This document shows positions 9,088 through 19,145 of a stretch of DNA of 64,000 nt, piece by piece. Both the position numbers and the translations under genes were made by a program. Numbering within the stretch: position 1 is the first letter of the stretch; each line of letters opens with the position of its first letter. This stretch comes from Solobacterium sp. Lineage in GTDB: Bacteria; Bacillota_I; Bacilli_A; Erysipelotrichales; Erysipelotrichaceae. The notes below the pieces were generated by a model that saw only the letters and a list, made by a program, of their open reading frames with translations, was not told the origin of the DNA and ran no database searches. The stretch covers positions 29,263 to 93,262 of the forward strand of contig JAFUGM010000065.1 in the NCBI GenBank assembly GCA_017469355.1, given 5' to 3'.

Positions 9088-10092
9088 ATGGCAGTAAAAC
9101 GCAGAAAAGGGATTCATCCGCTTCTTTCACTCTTGCTGGTGCTTTTGGCCGCAGGAGCGGGAGTGGGGCTCAGTGCTCGTTCCTATATCAGAACGAAATA
9201 TGTTTCTACCACACATGCCAACTGGAGCGCAGAGGCGTTCTCCATGTTGGATCATTCCTCACTGGAATATAAAGCAGCTTCCCTGTTTCTTACTGAGGAA
9301 GAACAGGCAGCCTTAACAGCGCAGAGCGAAGTGCCTCTGGAAGGTGAATCAGCACTTGTGAATGTTCTTCCTGAAGGGGAGGAAACAGAATCCGGAATTC
9401 ATATCGAACATGTTTCTGCGGGGACCTATGAGGGATTCATGATTGTCGTTCCTGATCCGGAAGATGTGTCGATTGTCATCAATCCGGGATATCAGAACGG
9501 CGCTCCCGGGCCAGAACTGGATTGGTATGTGGAAGAGTTCCACGCATTGGCCGGGATTAACGGCGGTGGTTTTGAAGATGTTGGAGGACGAGGGGATGGA
9601 AGTATCCCTCAGGGACTGGTCATTCAGAATGGAAGAATCGTTCATGGAAGCGAAGGGATGCGTTCATCCATTGTCGGGATCGATAAAAATGGAAAACTGG
9701 TCACCGCAACTGTGACTGGGGAAGAGGCACTGAACCGTGGTGTTGTGGAAGCAGTTACCTTTGGGCCGACATTCATTGAAAACGGCAGAGTGGTTTATAC
9801 CTCTGCCGATGCCGGGACATTGAATATGTTGAACCCGAGAACTGCGATCGGCCAGAAGGAAGATGGAACGATGCTGTTGCTGGTGGTGGATGGCCGAGGG
9901 CCAACCAGTTTTGGCGCGCAATATGAAGATGTGATCGACATCTTCCAGGAATACGGTGCAGTGAATGCGGGGAATCTTGATGGCGGAAACTCTTCCGTCA
10001 TGATCTATGAAGGAGAATATGCGAACTATCCGGTATCGATGTATAACTCGCGCAATCTGCCTTCGGTCATTCTGGTAAAGGGGGACCGTTAA
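9088..10092 (+). CDS. Phosphodiester glycosidase (NAGPA/DUF2233) family protein, membrane-anchored
   Basis: INGGGF, FGPTFI, NPRTAIGQ, DGRG, NLDGGNSS motifs; start ATG 9088 behind AAGGAGG. Confidence 0.88.
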   Translation: MAVKRRKGIHPLLSLLLVLLAAGAGVGLSARSYIRTKYVSTTHANWSAEAFSMLDHSSLEYKAASLFLTEEEQAALTAQSEVPLEGESALVNVLPEGEETESGIHIEHVSAGTYEGFMIVVPDPEDVSIVINPGYQNGAPGPELDWYVEEFHALAGINGGGFEDVGGRGDGSIPQGLVIQNGRIVHGSEGMRSSIVGIDKNGKLVTATVTGEEALNRGVVEAVTFGPTFIENGRVVYTSADAGTLNMLNPRTAIGQKEDGTMLLLVVDGRGPTSFGAQYEDVIDIFQEYGAVNAGNLDGGNSSVMIYEGEYANYPVSMYNSRNLPSVILVKGDR

Positions 10093-10093
10093 T

Positions 10094-11149
10094 ATGGCAC
10101 GCAGAAGAGGAATTCGGCCGCTTGTTGTATTGATTGCCATGGCACTGGCTGGTGGAGCCAGCTATGCGGTAGGTATGTCAAAGGTGAAGCGGGCTGAACA
10201 GGAGTTTATTTCATATGAACAGGAGATGCCGCAGGTGCAGATCGAAGAAGTCATGGCTTCCCTGCGTAATCATGAACTGGATGGAATATTTGAAACGACA
10301 CAGAAACTGAGCCCATCGCTTGATTCCAGAGATGCCTATATGGAGAAGCTGGAAGAACTCTTGGAGACGGAAGATCCCACATCGTTACAGGCGGTTCCGG
10401 AATCTCTGGAAGAGACGGTACGTACCTATCGTCTTCTTCAAAGGAATACTCCGATTGGAACAATGATTCTTTTGAATGAAGACGGGGAATGGAAGCCTGC
10501 GATTCCGATTGAAGGGGAGGAAAGCTATACCGTAGAAGTACCGCAGGGGATTGAACTTGAAGTATATGGTTCACCAGTATCCTCGCAATACCGGATCGCT
10601 TCTGGCCAACAGGCATCTAACTTCTTCCAGGTAAGTGATTCATCTATTATTCCGATCGTAGATATTTATCAGTTTGATGGACTGCTGGGCGCACCAGCGC
10701 TGAATGAAGCAGAAGGGTATTCTATGATTCAGGATGTGCTGAGTGGAAACTGGCTGCTGGGGAAAGAAGTGATAGATGAGGCACTAAAGCAGGAACTGAT
10801 TCATGATGCGGAATTGATTGCGATGTATCCGGCAGAAGATACTTCACTTGCGAGTGTTACCGCAATCAGTGACACCACATCTTCCTGGTATCGTAAATAT
10901 GTCACTCTGCAGAATTACTGGTTTACGGCTCACAATACGATGGAATTGTCGAATGAATCCATTCAGGCTGTGATGCAGAGTGAAGATACGATCGTCGCTC
11001 ATATTACGTTTGACTATTATGCGGATAATGGGGAAGTTAATCGTACCTGGCATGTGGGCTATCAGCTGACCTTTAGAAAGTCAGGGGATACCTGGCTGGT
11101 ATGCGGCACCGAATTGAATTCTCTGTTGAATCCAGAACAGAAACACTGA
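10094..11149 (+). CDS. Hypothetical membrane-anchored protein
   Basis: 351-aa ORF 1 nt after the previous stop; N-terminal TM helix and acidic extracellular region. Confidence 0.75.
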   Translation: MARRRGIRPLVVLIAMALAGGASYAVGMSKVKRAEQEFISYEQEMPQVQIEEVMASLRNHELDGIFETTQKLSPSLDSRDAYMEKLEELLETEDPTSLQAVPESLEETVRTYRLLQRNTPIGTMILLNEDGEWKPAIPIEGEESYTVEVPQGIELEVYGSPVSSQYRIASGQQASNFFQVSDSSIIPIVDIYQFDGLLGAPALNEAEGYSMIQDVLSGNWLLGKEVIDEALKQELIHDAELIAMYPAEDTSLASVTAISDTTSSWYRKYVTLQNYWFTAHNTMELSNESIQAVMQSEDTIVAHITFDYYADNGEVNRTWHVGYQLTFRKSGDTWLVCGTELNSLLNPEQKH

Positions 11150-11157
11150 GGAATAAT

Positions 11158-11183
11158 TCATGCGGGGATTCCCGCATGATTTC
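11158..11183 (+). terminator. Intrinsic terminator
   Basis: TCATGCGGG-gatt-CCCGCATGA followed by TTTC. Confidence 0.65.
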
Positions 11184-11236
11184 ATTACAGAGAACGCAGA
11201 AGATTAAAAACACTATTCTGGAAGAGGGTGAGCCCA

Positions 11237-12451
11237 TCAGTTCCATTCACCTGCCAGAAGGAATTCCCGTATATTTCGGTGTTTGATTCCATTGCGGCTC
11301 ATATCAAACTCATCCAACGACACAACATACTTTGGGAAGTTGTCGCGGATGTTGTCATATGCGCTGAACTCACGCTGAATAGTATCTTCAGATGCCAACA
11401 GATAAGCAACCTGAACATACAGTTTCTCACCACACTTTTCACCGACAAAATCAATCTCCTTATCTCCTGTTCTGCCAACCGTTACCTCATAGCCCCGGCG
11501 CAGCAGCTCCAAATAGACGATGTTTTCCAAAATGAGATTAATGTCTTTTCTATTCCCGCCGTAAACAGCTTCGCGGATTCCGTGGTCCGCAATGTAATAC
11601 TTCTCGTTTGAGGAGAGAATATGCTTACCCTGCAGATCCTCACGCTTTACCTGATAAAACAGATAAGCGTCGCAGCAGTATTTGATGTAGTTCAGGATTG
11701 TCTCGGGCGCGACGATACGGTGCTCGTTTTTGAGAAACCTGGAAAGAGAAGTTGCGGAGAATGGTTGACCTGTATTTGTCATGACATAGGCGATTATTCG
11801 TTCCAGTAAATCCACATCACGGATTTTATTGCGCTTTACAATATCCTTAAGCTGAATGGAATTGAAAAGATCATGAAGGTATTGTCTGGACGGCTCATCC
11901 GCATACTGAATGTTCGCAAGGTAAGGCATACCGCCAGACAGAAGATATTGCTGGAAACACGCCTCAATCGAATTATCCGGTGCAGCAGTTCGATACAGTT
12001 CCAGGAACTCCGCAAAGGAGAACGGATAAATAACGAACTCAACATAGCGTCCTCCAAGGTATGTGGCAAGCTCGCCAGACAACAGCTTTGCGTTAGAACC
12101 GGTGATATAGATGTCGCAGTTAAGTGTGACGCGAAATGAGTTGATACATTTCTCCCAATTCGTGACTTCCTGAATCTCGTCAAAAAAGAGATATACTTTA
12201 CCGTCAATCTCTGCGGCTCTTCTGCAGATTTCTTCATGCAGAGTCTCAGCATTCTGCAGGTGGGAATAGTTCATATCCTCAAAGTTGATGGAAATGAGTT
12301 TTGACGGATCAACACCGGACTCAACAAGTTCCTGTTTAATCTGTTCTAACATGACCGATTTACCGCAACGGTGAATACCGGTCATAACTTTAATTAGATC
12401 CGTCCCGATAAAAGGACGGATACGGCTCATATACATTTCGCGTTTTATCAT
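11237..12451 (-). CDS. AAA+ ATPase (AAA_14 + DUF4143 type)
   Basis: TGIHRCGKS Walker A, FFDEIQ Walker B, ITGSN, KYYIAD, LENIVYLELLRR, EIDF; RBS GAAAGGAGG. Confidence 0.9.
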   Translation of the reverse strand: MIKREMYMSRIRPFIGTDLIKVMTGIHRCGKSVMLEQIKQELVESGVDPSKLISINFEDMNYSHLQNAETLHEEICRRAAEIDGKVYLFFDEIQEVTNWEKCINSFRVTLNCDIYITGSNAKLLSGELATYLGGRYVEFVIYPFSFAEFLELYRTAAPDNSIEACFQQYLLSGGMPYLANIQYADEPSRQYLHDLFNSIQLKDIVKRNKIRDVDLLERIIAYVMTNTGQPFSATSLSRFLKNEHRIVAPETILNYIKYCCDAYLFYQVKREDLQGKHILSSNEKYYIADHGIREAVYGGNRKDINLILENIVYLELLRRGYEVTVGRTGDKEIDFVGEKCGEKLYVQVAYLLASEDTIQREFSAYDNIRDNFPKYVVSLDEFDMSRNGIKHRNIREFLLAGEWN

Positions 12452-12532
12452 GGATGAAAAAGCCTCCTTTCTTGGAGTGGTTCAAGTAAAACACACATAA
12501 AAATTATAAATTAGAACTAAAACAAGAATTCG

Positions 12533-12586
12533 TCAGTTGTAACTGATAAAATCTGATATTAATCTGAAGTTCACAGTTGTGACTGA
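12533..12586. promoter_or_regulatory. Paired operator-like sites upstream of the ATPase
   Basis: Palindrome TCAGTT-gt-AACTGA at 12533-12546; near copy CAGTTGTGACTGA at 12574-12586, 40 bp apart. Confidence 0.45.
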
Positions 12587-12704
12587 GTTAATGAGAATAG
12601 ATTTAAATACAGGTTAAGTTATTGCATAAAACCAGGTTGGGTATGGTTCAACTGCTTGAGAATGTTGAATACGGAACTGCCAGGGCAATCGTAAAGGTCA
12701 ATAA

Positions 12705-13580
12705 TTATAGAGTATTACGGGAGCGGTCATCTGCTTGAAGTCGATATTGTCTTGGCGTGATCCCCTGTCTTGCCTTAAATGCGTTGATGAATGCTGCGTC
12801 GGAACTGTATCCGAGGTGTTCCGCAATTTCAGAAATCGTAGTAGATGTTGTCCGTAACATCAGTCTTGCATAGCGGAGTTTTGTGAGCGATACATATTCG
12901 ATCGGCGCATATCCGGTTTCGTTATGAAAACGTCTTGCGAAATGATATGGACTGAGTCCGACCGCGTCCGCAATCATTTCGAGTGTCAGCTTATGAGTGA
13001 TATTCTGACGAATATATTCAATCGCTGAAGTGGAAATCGGGGATAACTGAGAGGCGGAAGGAGTGGACTCTGAAGACTCCGCGCTTCCAAGCTGACACAG
13101 AGTTTCATATACGAGAGTTGACATGCGTACTTCATCGGCGGTCTCCTCATAACAGAGCCGCATCAGAGGTTCTTTGATGTTTGAGTAGATTGTTTCATTG
13201 CGGGAAGAGGAAAAGACAGGGCTATGATTCTGCGCGATCAGATAATCACTCAGTGACTCGGCCTGATTTCCTGAGAAGTGGAAAAACAGAAATTCTCCAT
13301 TCTCTAAGGTTTGATAACTATGTGGATGGGCGCAGTTCAACAGGAGAATCTCTCCCGCGGATGCTTCATATGCGGATCCGTTATATTCCACATTCATATG
13401 GCCAGAGATGAGATAGATGAAAAGAGGCGGTCTTCCACCGTCGTTGGAGACGCGATATCTATGATCTGTGTGGAAATACCCACAACTGATCATGCATAAG
13501 AAGTGAGAACGGAATTCCTCATCCGGGAAAAAGAAGCACATGCTTGAGTCATCCGAAACACCTTTTTCTTTCCACAGCAT
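12705..13580 (-). CDS. AraC family transcriptional regulator
   Basis: N-terminal cupin-like domain; LSPYHFARRF...ISEIAEHLGYSSDAAFINAFK; divergent from nanE. Confidence 0.92.
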   Translation of the reverse strand: MLWKEKGVSDDSSMCFFFPDEEFRSHFLCMISCGYFHTDHRYRVSNDGGRPPLFIYLISGHMNVEYNGSAYEASAGEILLLNCAHPHSYQTLENGEFLFFHFSGNQAESLSDYLIAQNHSPVFSSSRNETIYSNIKEPLMRLCYEETADEVRMSTLVYETLCQLGSAESSESTPSASQLSPISTSAIEYIRQNITHKLTLEMIADAVGLSPYHFARRFHNETGYAPIEYVSLTKLRYARLMLRTTSTTISEIAEHLGYSSDAAFINAFKARQGITPRQYRLQADDRSRNTL

Positions 13581-13736
13581 AGCAGCACCTCCGCAATATT
13601 CACTAATTACGTATCTATAATAAGCCTTAATATCCTAGAAATAGCGCAAGATAAATAAATTATTCCGCAGGAATAGCTATAGTTTCAATTGCGGGGGATG
13701 CGTAAGATGGGAGTCAAGAAACGGAGATTGAAACAG

Positions 13737-14486
13737 ATGACAGTGAATAAAGAAGAATTATTGAACTCCATGCGTGGTGGGCTGATTGTATCCTGCCAGG
13801 TACAGCCGGATGATCCGGTGTATTCCATGGACTTTGTGTTAAAGATGGCGCAGGCTGCCAAATGGGCAGGAGCGGTCGGGATTCGAGCCAACTCCCCGGA
13901 TCAGATTCGTATGATTCGGGAGAATGTGGATCTGCCGATGATCGGATTGTATAAAATCTGGCATGAATCGACAGATGTATTCATTACACCAACATTAGAT
14001 GCCGCAAAGGAAGTTTATGAGGCAGGGGCAGAGATTATTGCACTTGATTGCACAGACCAGATCACTGCCGAAGGAGAACCCGCCTGGCATCTGCTTGAGA
14101 AAGTGAAGAAGGAACTGCCAGACGCATTGATCTTTGCGGATGTTTCCAACTATGATGAAGCTGAACGGGCAGTGAATCTTGGGGCGGATATTGTTGGGCC
14201 GACACTCTATGGATATACCGAGGCTACCCGGCATATTGAATCCCCGGATCTCAGAGAATTCGCCCGGATGTGCAGAGATTTCAAAGATCGAGCATTTATG
14301 GTCATGGAAGGACATATCTATACACCGGAGGATGCGGTAAAAGCGTTGTACCTTGGGGCCGATGCGGTTGTTGTAGGAAGTGCTATCACCCGTCCTCATC
14401 TGACTGCCAGAAGATTTGTGGATCTGATGTCCGGTCTTCAGAATAACTGGCGGGAAGCAGAACGCAGTAAACATAACGTACAGTAA
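13737..14486 (+). CDS. nanE: N-acetylmannosamine-6-phosphate 2-epimerase
   Basis: GGLIVSCQ, GIRANS, LPMIGLYK (catalytic Lys position), EGHIYTPE, VVVGSAITRP; start ATG 13737. Confidence 0.85.
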   Translation: MTVNKEELLNSMRGGLIVSCQVQPDDPVYSMDFVLKMAQAAKWAGAVGIRANSPDQIRMIRENVDLPMIGLYKIWHESTDVFITPTLDAAKEVYEAGAEIIALDCTDQITAEGEPAWHLLEKVKKELPDALIFADVSNYDEAERAVNLGADIVGPTLYGYTEATRHIESPDLREFARMCRDFKDRAFMVMEGHIYTPEDAVKALYLGADAVVVGSAITRPHLTARRFVDLMSGLQNNWREAERSKHNVQ

Positions 14487-14506
14487 AAACGATTGTGGAG
14501 TGAAGT

Positions 14507-16810
14507 ATGGTCAAGTTTGATATTGAGGGAGCGCAGAACGTCGAAGTCAGTAAGCGTATACCCTGTGAAAAATCATTGGTGGAACAGCTGGAGATTATGG
14601 AACGGTATACGGAAACCCATAAGCGCTTCAGTAAGGAGTCTATCTCACGCAGAGAGGTGGAATGCCTGAAAGTTCTTTATCCTGCGTTGTTCCGATCGGT
14701 TGAAGATAGTGACCTGACCGCAGGACGAATGGACTTTCTTCCCATTGGGTTTGGTTGTGTCACTTCGGTTGGAGGAGTTGGACATTATTGTGTATTTGGT
14801 AAACTTCGCGCTTTTCAACGGGATATCGCGGAACTGGGACAGGAGTACTATGACCGTACAGAAGCGCTGTATCAATACTGGGTTGACCATGATCTCAAGA
14901 CCCAATACTGCCGGGAAGTGTTAACGGAGACAACCATTGGTCGTTTTATTGATGTGGAGTATCCACTGATCGCAACGGCACGTCTTTCCGGAATGATGCT
15001 GGATTATCCAAAACTTCTGGATCACGGAATCGGTGGATTACGGACCATCATTACGGAGCGTCTTTCAAAAGACGAGGGAAATGAATTTCTCATGGCATCC
15101 CTCGATTGTCTGGATTTATTTACCACATGTGCTGATGCGGTACGGGAGAAGGTGCTGAAACAAAAAGAAGCTCTTGGTGAAACGAACCCGAAGCGGGCAG
15201 CGCAGTTAACTCGTATGGCTAATGACCTGTTGACCATTCGGAAAGGGAAACCGGAACACTTTACCGAAGCACTGCAGCTGTTCTGGCTGTATGCCTTATT
15301 GGCAGGCGTAATCAACTATGGCCGTCTTGATGATTTTCTTGGGCCGTATCTTGCGAAAGATCTCGACAGTGGGGTGCTCAGTGAGCAGGATGCCTATGAT
15401 CTGTTGAAGTCACTCTGGCAGATGATTGAAAACCGCAGAACGACCGTAAACGGACGTATTATCGTTGGTGGGAAAGGAAGAAAGCACCCGGAAGAAGCCG
15501 ATCGCTTCCTCCATATCGCAATGAAGGTATGTAAGGACTGTCGGTTTGTGGAACCGCAGTTTACCCTCCGTATCGATGAAACAACATCGGAGGAAACCTG
15601 GGCAGAAGCCATGGATGCCTTAGGGGTCGGTGCGACTTATCCTACGATCTATAACGATGAAGTAAATGTGCCTGCTGTTTCGTTTGGTATGCGGGTGGAC
15701 GAAGAAACCGCTGCTCGTTATGTGCCGTTTGGCTGTACGGAATTTGTGCTCTGGGGCCAGAGCACCGGTACTCCGAATATCTGTATTAACCTGCTTAAGA
15801 TTCTGAATATCTATATGAATCGTGGTGTGGATCCGATGGATGGCCAATATAAACTCGGACCATTGAAGGCAAAGGATCTTTCCTCGATCACTAGCTTTGA
15901 TGAGTTCCTGGAAGGATATCAGGAAGTGCTGAATTACTATATGGATCTTGCGGGAGAAGCACAGTATCGTTCTTATGAAATCATGAATGAACACGTCAGT
16001 TTCCTGTTTACCAGTATTCTGATGGATGACTGTATCGAGCGCGGAAAGGCACTGCTGGATGGAGGAGTGCGATATCTAGGCGGCACATGCGAAACCTATG
16101 GAAATATCAATGCGTCAGATTCCCTATGGGCAATTAAGCATCTGGTATTTGATGAACATAAATATACGCTTCCTCAACTGGAAGAAGCGATTCTTGCGGA
16201 CTTTAACGGATATGAACATATCCGCAAAGACTGTCTGGCATGTGATAAGTACGGAAATGATCTTTCCACTGCGGATGATATGGCAAATATGCTGTATGAA
16301 TTTGTGGCGAAGGGAATCCGTGACCGTGGCATCCGTCTTGGTATGCAGTATTTCCTGATTGTCATCAGTAATAACTCTCTGAATACTGAATGGGGTCTTC
16401 GCACCTCTGCCTCCGCCGATGGAAGACATACTGGAGTCTATATGAATCCTGCGAATAATCCGCAGGGAGGTGCCGATAAGAACGGTCCTACTGCCATGTT
16501 AAATTCCCTGGCGAAGTTTGATGCGAAATATCATGGTGGATCGGTTCAGAATATCAAGTTTGCGAAAGGAATGTTCAACCAGAATAAGCCGTTGATTGAA
16601 GGGATGTTCAAGACCTATTTCCGCAAGGGCGGCTGTCATATCATGGTTACTGTGGTGGATAAAGGCGCACTGGAAGATGCGATGATTCATCCTGAAAACT
16701 ATCCGGATCTGATAGTCCGGGTTGCGGGCTATTCCGCGGTATTTGTAAATCTCGATAAGACAGTTCAGAAAGAACTGCTGAGTCGGCATCTCTATGGAGG
16801 AGAAGCGTGA
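14507..16810 (+). CDS. Glycyl radical enzyme (PFL2/dehydratase-like clade), substrate unknown
   Basis: Single-Cys loop VPFGCTEF, glycyl loop LIVRVAGYSAVF, EALQLFW, GRLDDFL; 767 aa; lacks the PFL Cys-Cys pair. Confidence 0.92.
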   Translation: MVKFDIEGAQNVEVSKRIPCEKSLVEQLEIMERYTETHKRFSKESISRREVECLKVLYPALFRSVEDSDLTAGRMDFLPIGFGCVTSVGGVGHYCVFGKLRAFQRDIAELGQEYYDRTEALYQYWVDHDLKTQYCREVLTETTIGRFIDVEYPLIATARLSGMMLDYPKLLDHGIGGLRTIITERLSKDEGNEFLMASLDCLDLFTTCADAVREKVLKQKEALGETNPKRAAQLTRMANDLLTIRKGKPEHFTEALQLFWLYALLAGVINYGRLDDFLGPYLAKDLDSGVLSEQDAYDLLKSLWQMIENRRTTVNGRIIVGGKGRKHPEEADRFLHIAMKVCKDCRFVEPQFTLRIDETTSEETWAEAMDALGVGATYPTIYNDEVNVPAVSFGMRVDEETAARYVPFGCTEFVLWGQSTGTPNICINLLKILNIYMNRGVDPMDGQYKLGPLKAKDLSSITSFDEFLEGYQEVLNYYMDLAGEAQYRSYEIMNEHVSFLFTSILMDDCIERGKALLDGGVRYLGGTCETYGNINASDSLWAIKHLVFDEHKYTLPQLEEAILADFNGYEHIRKDCLACDKYGNDLSTADDMANMLYEFVAKGIRDRGIRLGMQYFLIVISNNSLNTEWGLRTSASADGRHTGVYMNPANNPQGGADKNGPTAMLNSLAKFDAKYHGGSVQNIKFAKGMFNQNKPLIEGMFKTYFRKGGCHIMVTVVDKGALEDAMIHPENYPDLIVRVAGYSAVFVNLDKTVQKELLSRHLYGGEA

Positions 16811-17712
16811 GTTCTCTGCCTGTATTCAATATTGAGCGATTCGCGATTCATGATGGGCCAGGTATCCGCACCGCAGTGTTTCTTCAGGGATGCGGTCTTT
16901 CCTGCAGGTGGTGTGCCAATCCGGAATCACAGAAAATCGGTCCGCATCTGATGTTTCTGAGCCAGAAGTGTATCGGATGCGGTCAATGTGCTGCAGTCTG
17001 CCCCAATGGTGTACCAGTGATTAAAGAGGGGAAAGCGCAGTTTGATCGAGCTCGCTGTGTGAACTGTGGAACCTGTGTGGAAGGATGTCTTGGGGATGCG
17101 CTGAAGATCAGTGGGAAGGCGATGGAGCCGGAGGAAATCTTTGATACGGTGATTCGGGATAAGGACTACTATGACTCAAGTCAGGGCGGGGTGACGCTGT
17201 CTGGGGGAGAAGCGCTCCTGCATATCAACGAGTTGATTCCATTTATTCATCTATGTAGGGAACATCAGATACCTATAGCGACCGAGACCTGTGGATATGT
17301 ATCGGAGTCAATCATGAAAACCGCACTGGACTATATTGACCTCTTCCTGTTTGATTTGAAATCGATGAATCCAGAGCGATTCAGAGAAAATACCGGTGGT
17401 GATCTTTCTGTTGTGCTTCGCAGCTTTCAATTAGTTGCGGAACATTATCCCGAACGGATCATCGTTCGAATTCCCGTCATCCCTGAGTTTAATCACTCGA
17501 TGGAAGACATTAAGGCGATACTTTCCTTTGCGTGCAGTCAAGGTGTTAAGCGGGCGGATCTGCTTCCGTATCATACCCTTGGGATGACAAAGTATCGTCA
17601 ACTTGGTATTCCGTATCCCTATCCGGTAGAAACAGGGTTAAAGGAAGATGACCTTCTGCCCTATCTGAAGATTGGGGAAGAGCTTGGGATGACACTGCGA
17701 ATCGGCGGATAG
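16807..17712 (+). CDS. Glycyl-radical enzyme activating enzyme (radical SAM with ferredoxin insert)
   Basis: HDGPGIRT, GCGLSCRWCANPES, two CxxCxxCxxxC motifs, GGVTLSGGE; 4-nt overlap with the GRE gene. Confidence 0.95.
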   Translation: MSSLPVFNIERFAIHDGPGIRTAVFLQGCGLSCRWCANPESQKIGPHLMFLSQKCIGCGQCAAVCPNGVPVIKEGKAQFDRARCVNCGTCVEGCLGDALKISGKAMEPEEIFDTVIRDKDYYDSSQGGVTLSGGEALLHINELIPFIHLCREHQIPIATETCGYVSESIMKTALDYIDLFLFDLKSMNPERFRENTGGDLSVVLRSFQLVAEHYPERIIVRIPVIPEFNHSMEDIKAILSFACSQGVKRADLLPYHTLGMTKYRQLGIPYPYPVETGLKEDDLLPYLKIGEELGMTLRIGG

Positions 17713-17787
17713 TGCGCCGATCAAAACGATATCGTTGTAAACTTAGAAGGAATCCACGGATTCCTTTTTTGGAAGAGGAGGGAGAAG

Positions 17788-19131
17788 ATGCAGCAGATAA
17801 AGTGCCCGCATTGCGGAGAAGTATTTACGATTGATGAGTCTAATTACAATTCCATTGTGAAACAGATACGTGATCATGAGTTTTCTGAGGAGCTTTCAAA
17901 GCGTACCGAAGAATTGCAGAAATCATATGAGTACCGGCTGGAAGCTGTAAAAGCCGAAGCGAAAAACGAGACGGATGAGAAACTTCGGGCGATGGATGCA
18001 CAGCTGAGTGATCTGAACCACCAGCTGGAGACTGCCCGCTCACAAAGTGAACAGGCTTCCGCGATCGCGGTGGCGCAGGAAAAAGAAAAGCTTTCCGAAA
18101 CCATTTCCCAGCTGGAAACAGAAATGGCTGTATTGAAGAACCAGATTGACTCCAGGGAAAAGGAAGCGGAACTGGTGCTGGAAAAGAAACTTGCGGAACT
18201 CTCTGAACAGAAAAATGCGGAGATTCAGGAATTCCGGCTGAAACTGGAGTCCCAGCAGAATGAATACCGCAGTCAGGAAGCACTCCTGAAAGCCGGTTAT
18301 GAAGAACAGATCAATGCGCGTGAGGCAGAGATCGAACATCAGAAGGAACTTGTCCAGCAATACAAGGACTTTAAACTCCGTCAGTCCACCAAGATGGTTG
18401 GGGAATCGCTTGAACAGCATTGTGCCTATGAGTTTAACCGTGTGCGCATGGGGATGTTTCCCAATGCGTATTTTGAAAAGGACAATGACGCTAAGACAGG
18501 TTCGAAGGGAGATTTCATTTTCAAGGAATCAGATGAGGAAGGAAATGAACTCATTTCCATCATGTTTGAGATGAAGAATGAGAATGAGACAACCGCAACC
18601 AAACATAAAAATGAAGATTTCTTCAAGGAACTGGATAAGGACCGGAATGAAAAACATTGCGAATATGCGATTCTTGTGTCGATGTTGGAACTGGATAATG
18701 ATTTGTATAACGATGGAATCGTAGATGTGTCTTATCGGTATCCCAAGATGTATGTCATTCGTCCGCAGTTCTTCATTCCGATGATTACCTTACTGAGGAA
18801 TGCCGCATTGAACACTATGAGCTACAAACATCAGCTTACGCTGGAGCGTAACAATAACCTTGATATCACTCATTTCGAGGAGAACATGGAAGACTTCAAG
18901 AAGAAGTTCGGCAGAAACTATGAACTCGCCGCAAGAAGATTCAAGGAAGCGATTGAGGATATTGATAAGACCATCCGTGATCTTGAGAAGACAAAGGCTG
19001 CGCTCATATCCTCAGAGGATAATCTGCGGCTTGCGAATAATAAGGCACAGGATCTGACAATTAAAAAACTGACCAGGAACGCCCCATCACTTCGAGAGAA
19101 GTTTGAAGAACTCCATAACGAAAGCGAATAA
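17788..19131 (+). CDS. DUF2130 domain coiled-coil protein
   Basis: IKCPHCGE N-terminus, long coiled coil, STKMVGESLEQHC, SKGDFIF, MFEMKNE, KELDKDR. Confidence 0.85.
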   Translation: MQQIKCPHCGEVFTIDESNYNSIVKQIRDHEFSEELSKRTEELQKSYEYRLEAVKAEAKNETDEKLRAMDAQLSDLNHQLETARSQSEQASAIAVAQEKEKLSETISQLETEMAVLKNQIDSREKEAELVLEKKLAELSEQKNAEIQEFRLKLESQQNEYRSQEALLKAGYEEQINAREAEIEHQKELVQQYKDFKLRQSTKMVGESLEQHCAYEFNRVRMGMFPNAYFEKDNDAKTGSKGDFIFKESDEEGNELISIMFEMKNENETTATKHKNEDFFKELDKDRNEKHCEYAILVSMLELDNDLYNDGIVDVSYRYPKMYVIRPQFFIPMITLLRNAALNTMSYKHQLTLERNNNLDITHFEENMEDFKKKFGRNYELAARRFKEAIEDIDKTIRDLEKTKAALISSEDNLRLANNKAQDLTIKKLTRNAPSLREKFEELHNESE

Positions 19132-19145
19132 ATACAGAGACAGTG

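Noticed and set aside
17788-19131. DUF2130 as a member of the GRE pathway
   Set aside because: It is a widespread coiled-coil protein with its own RBS after a hairpin, and nothing in the sequence ties it to sugar metabolism
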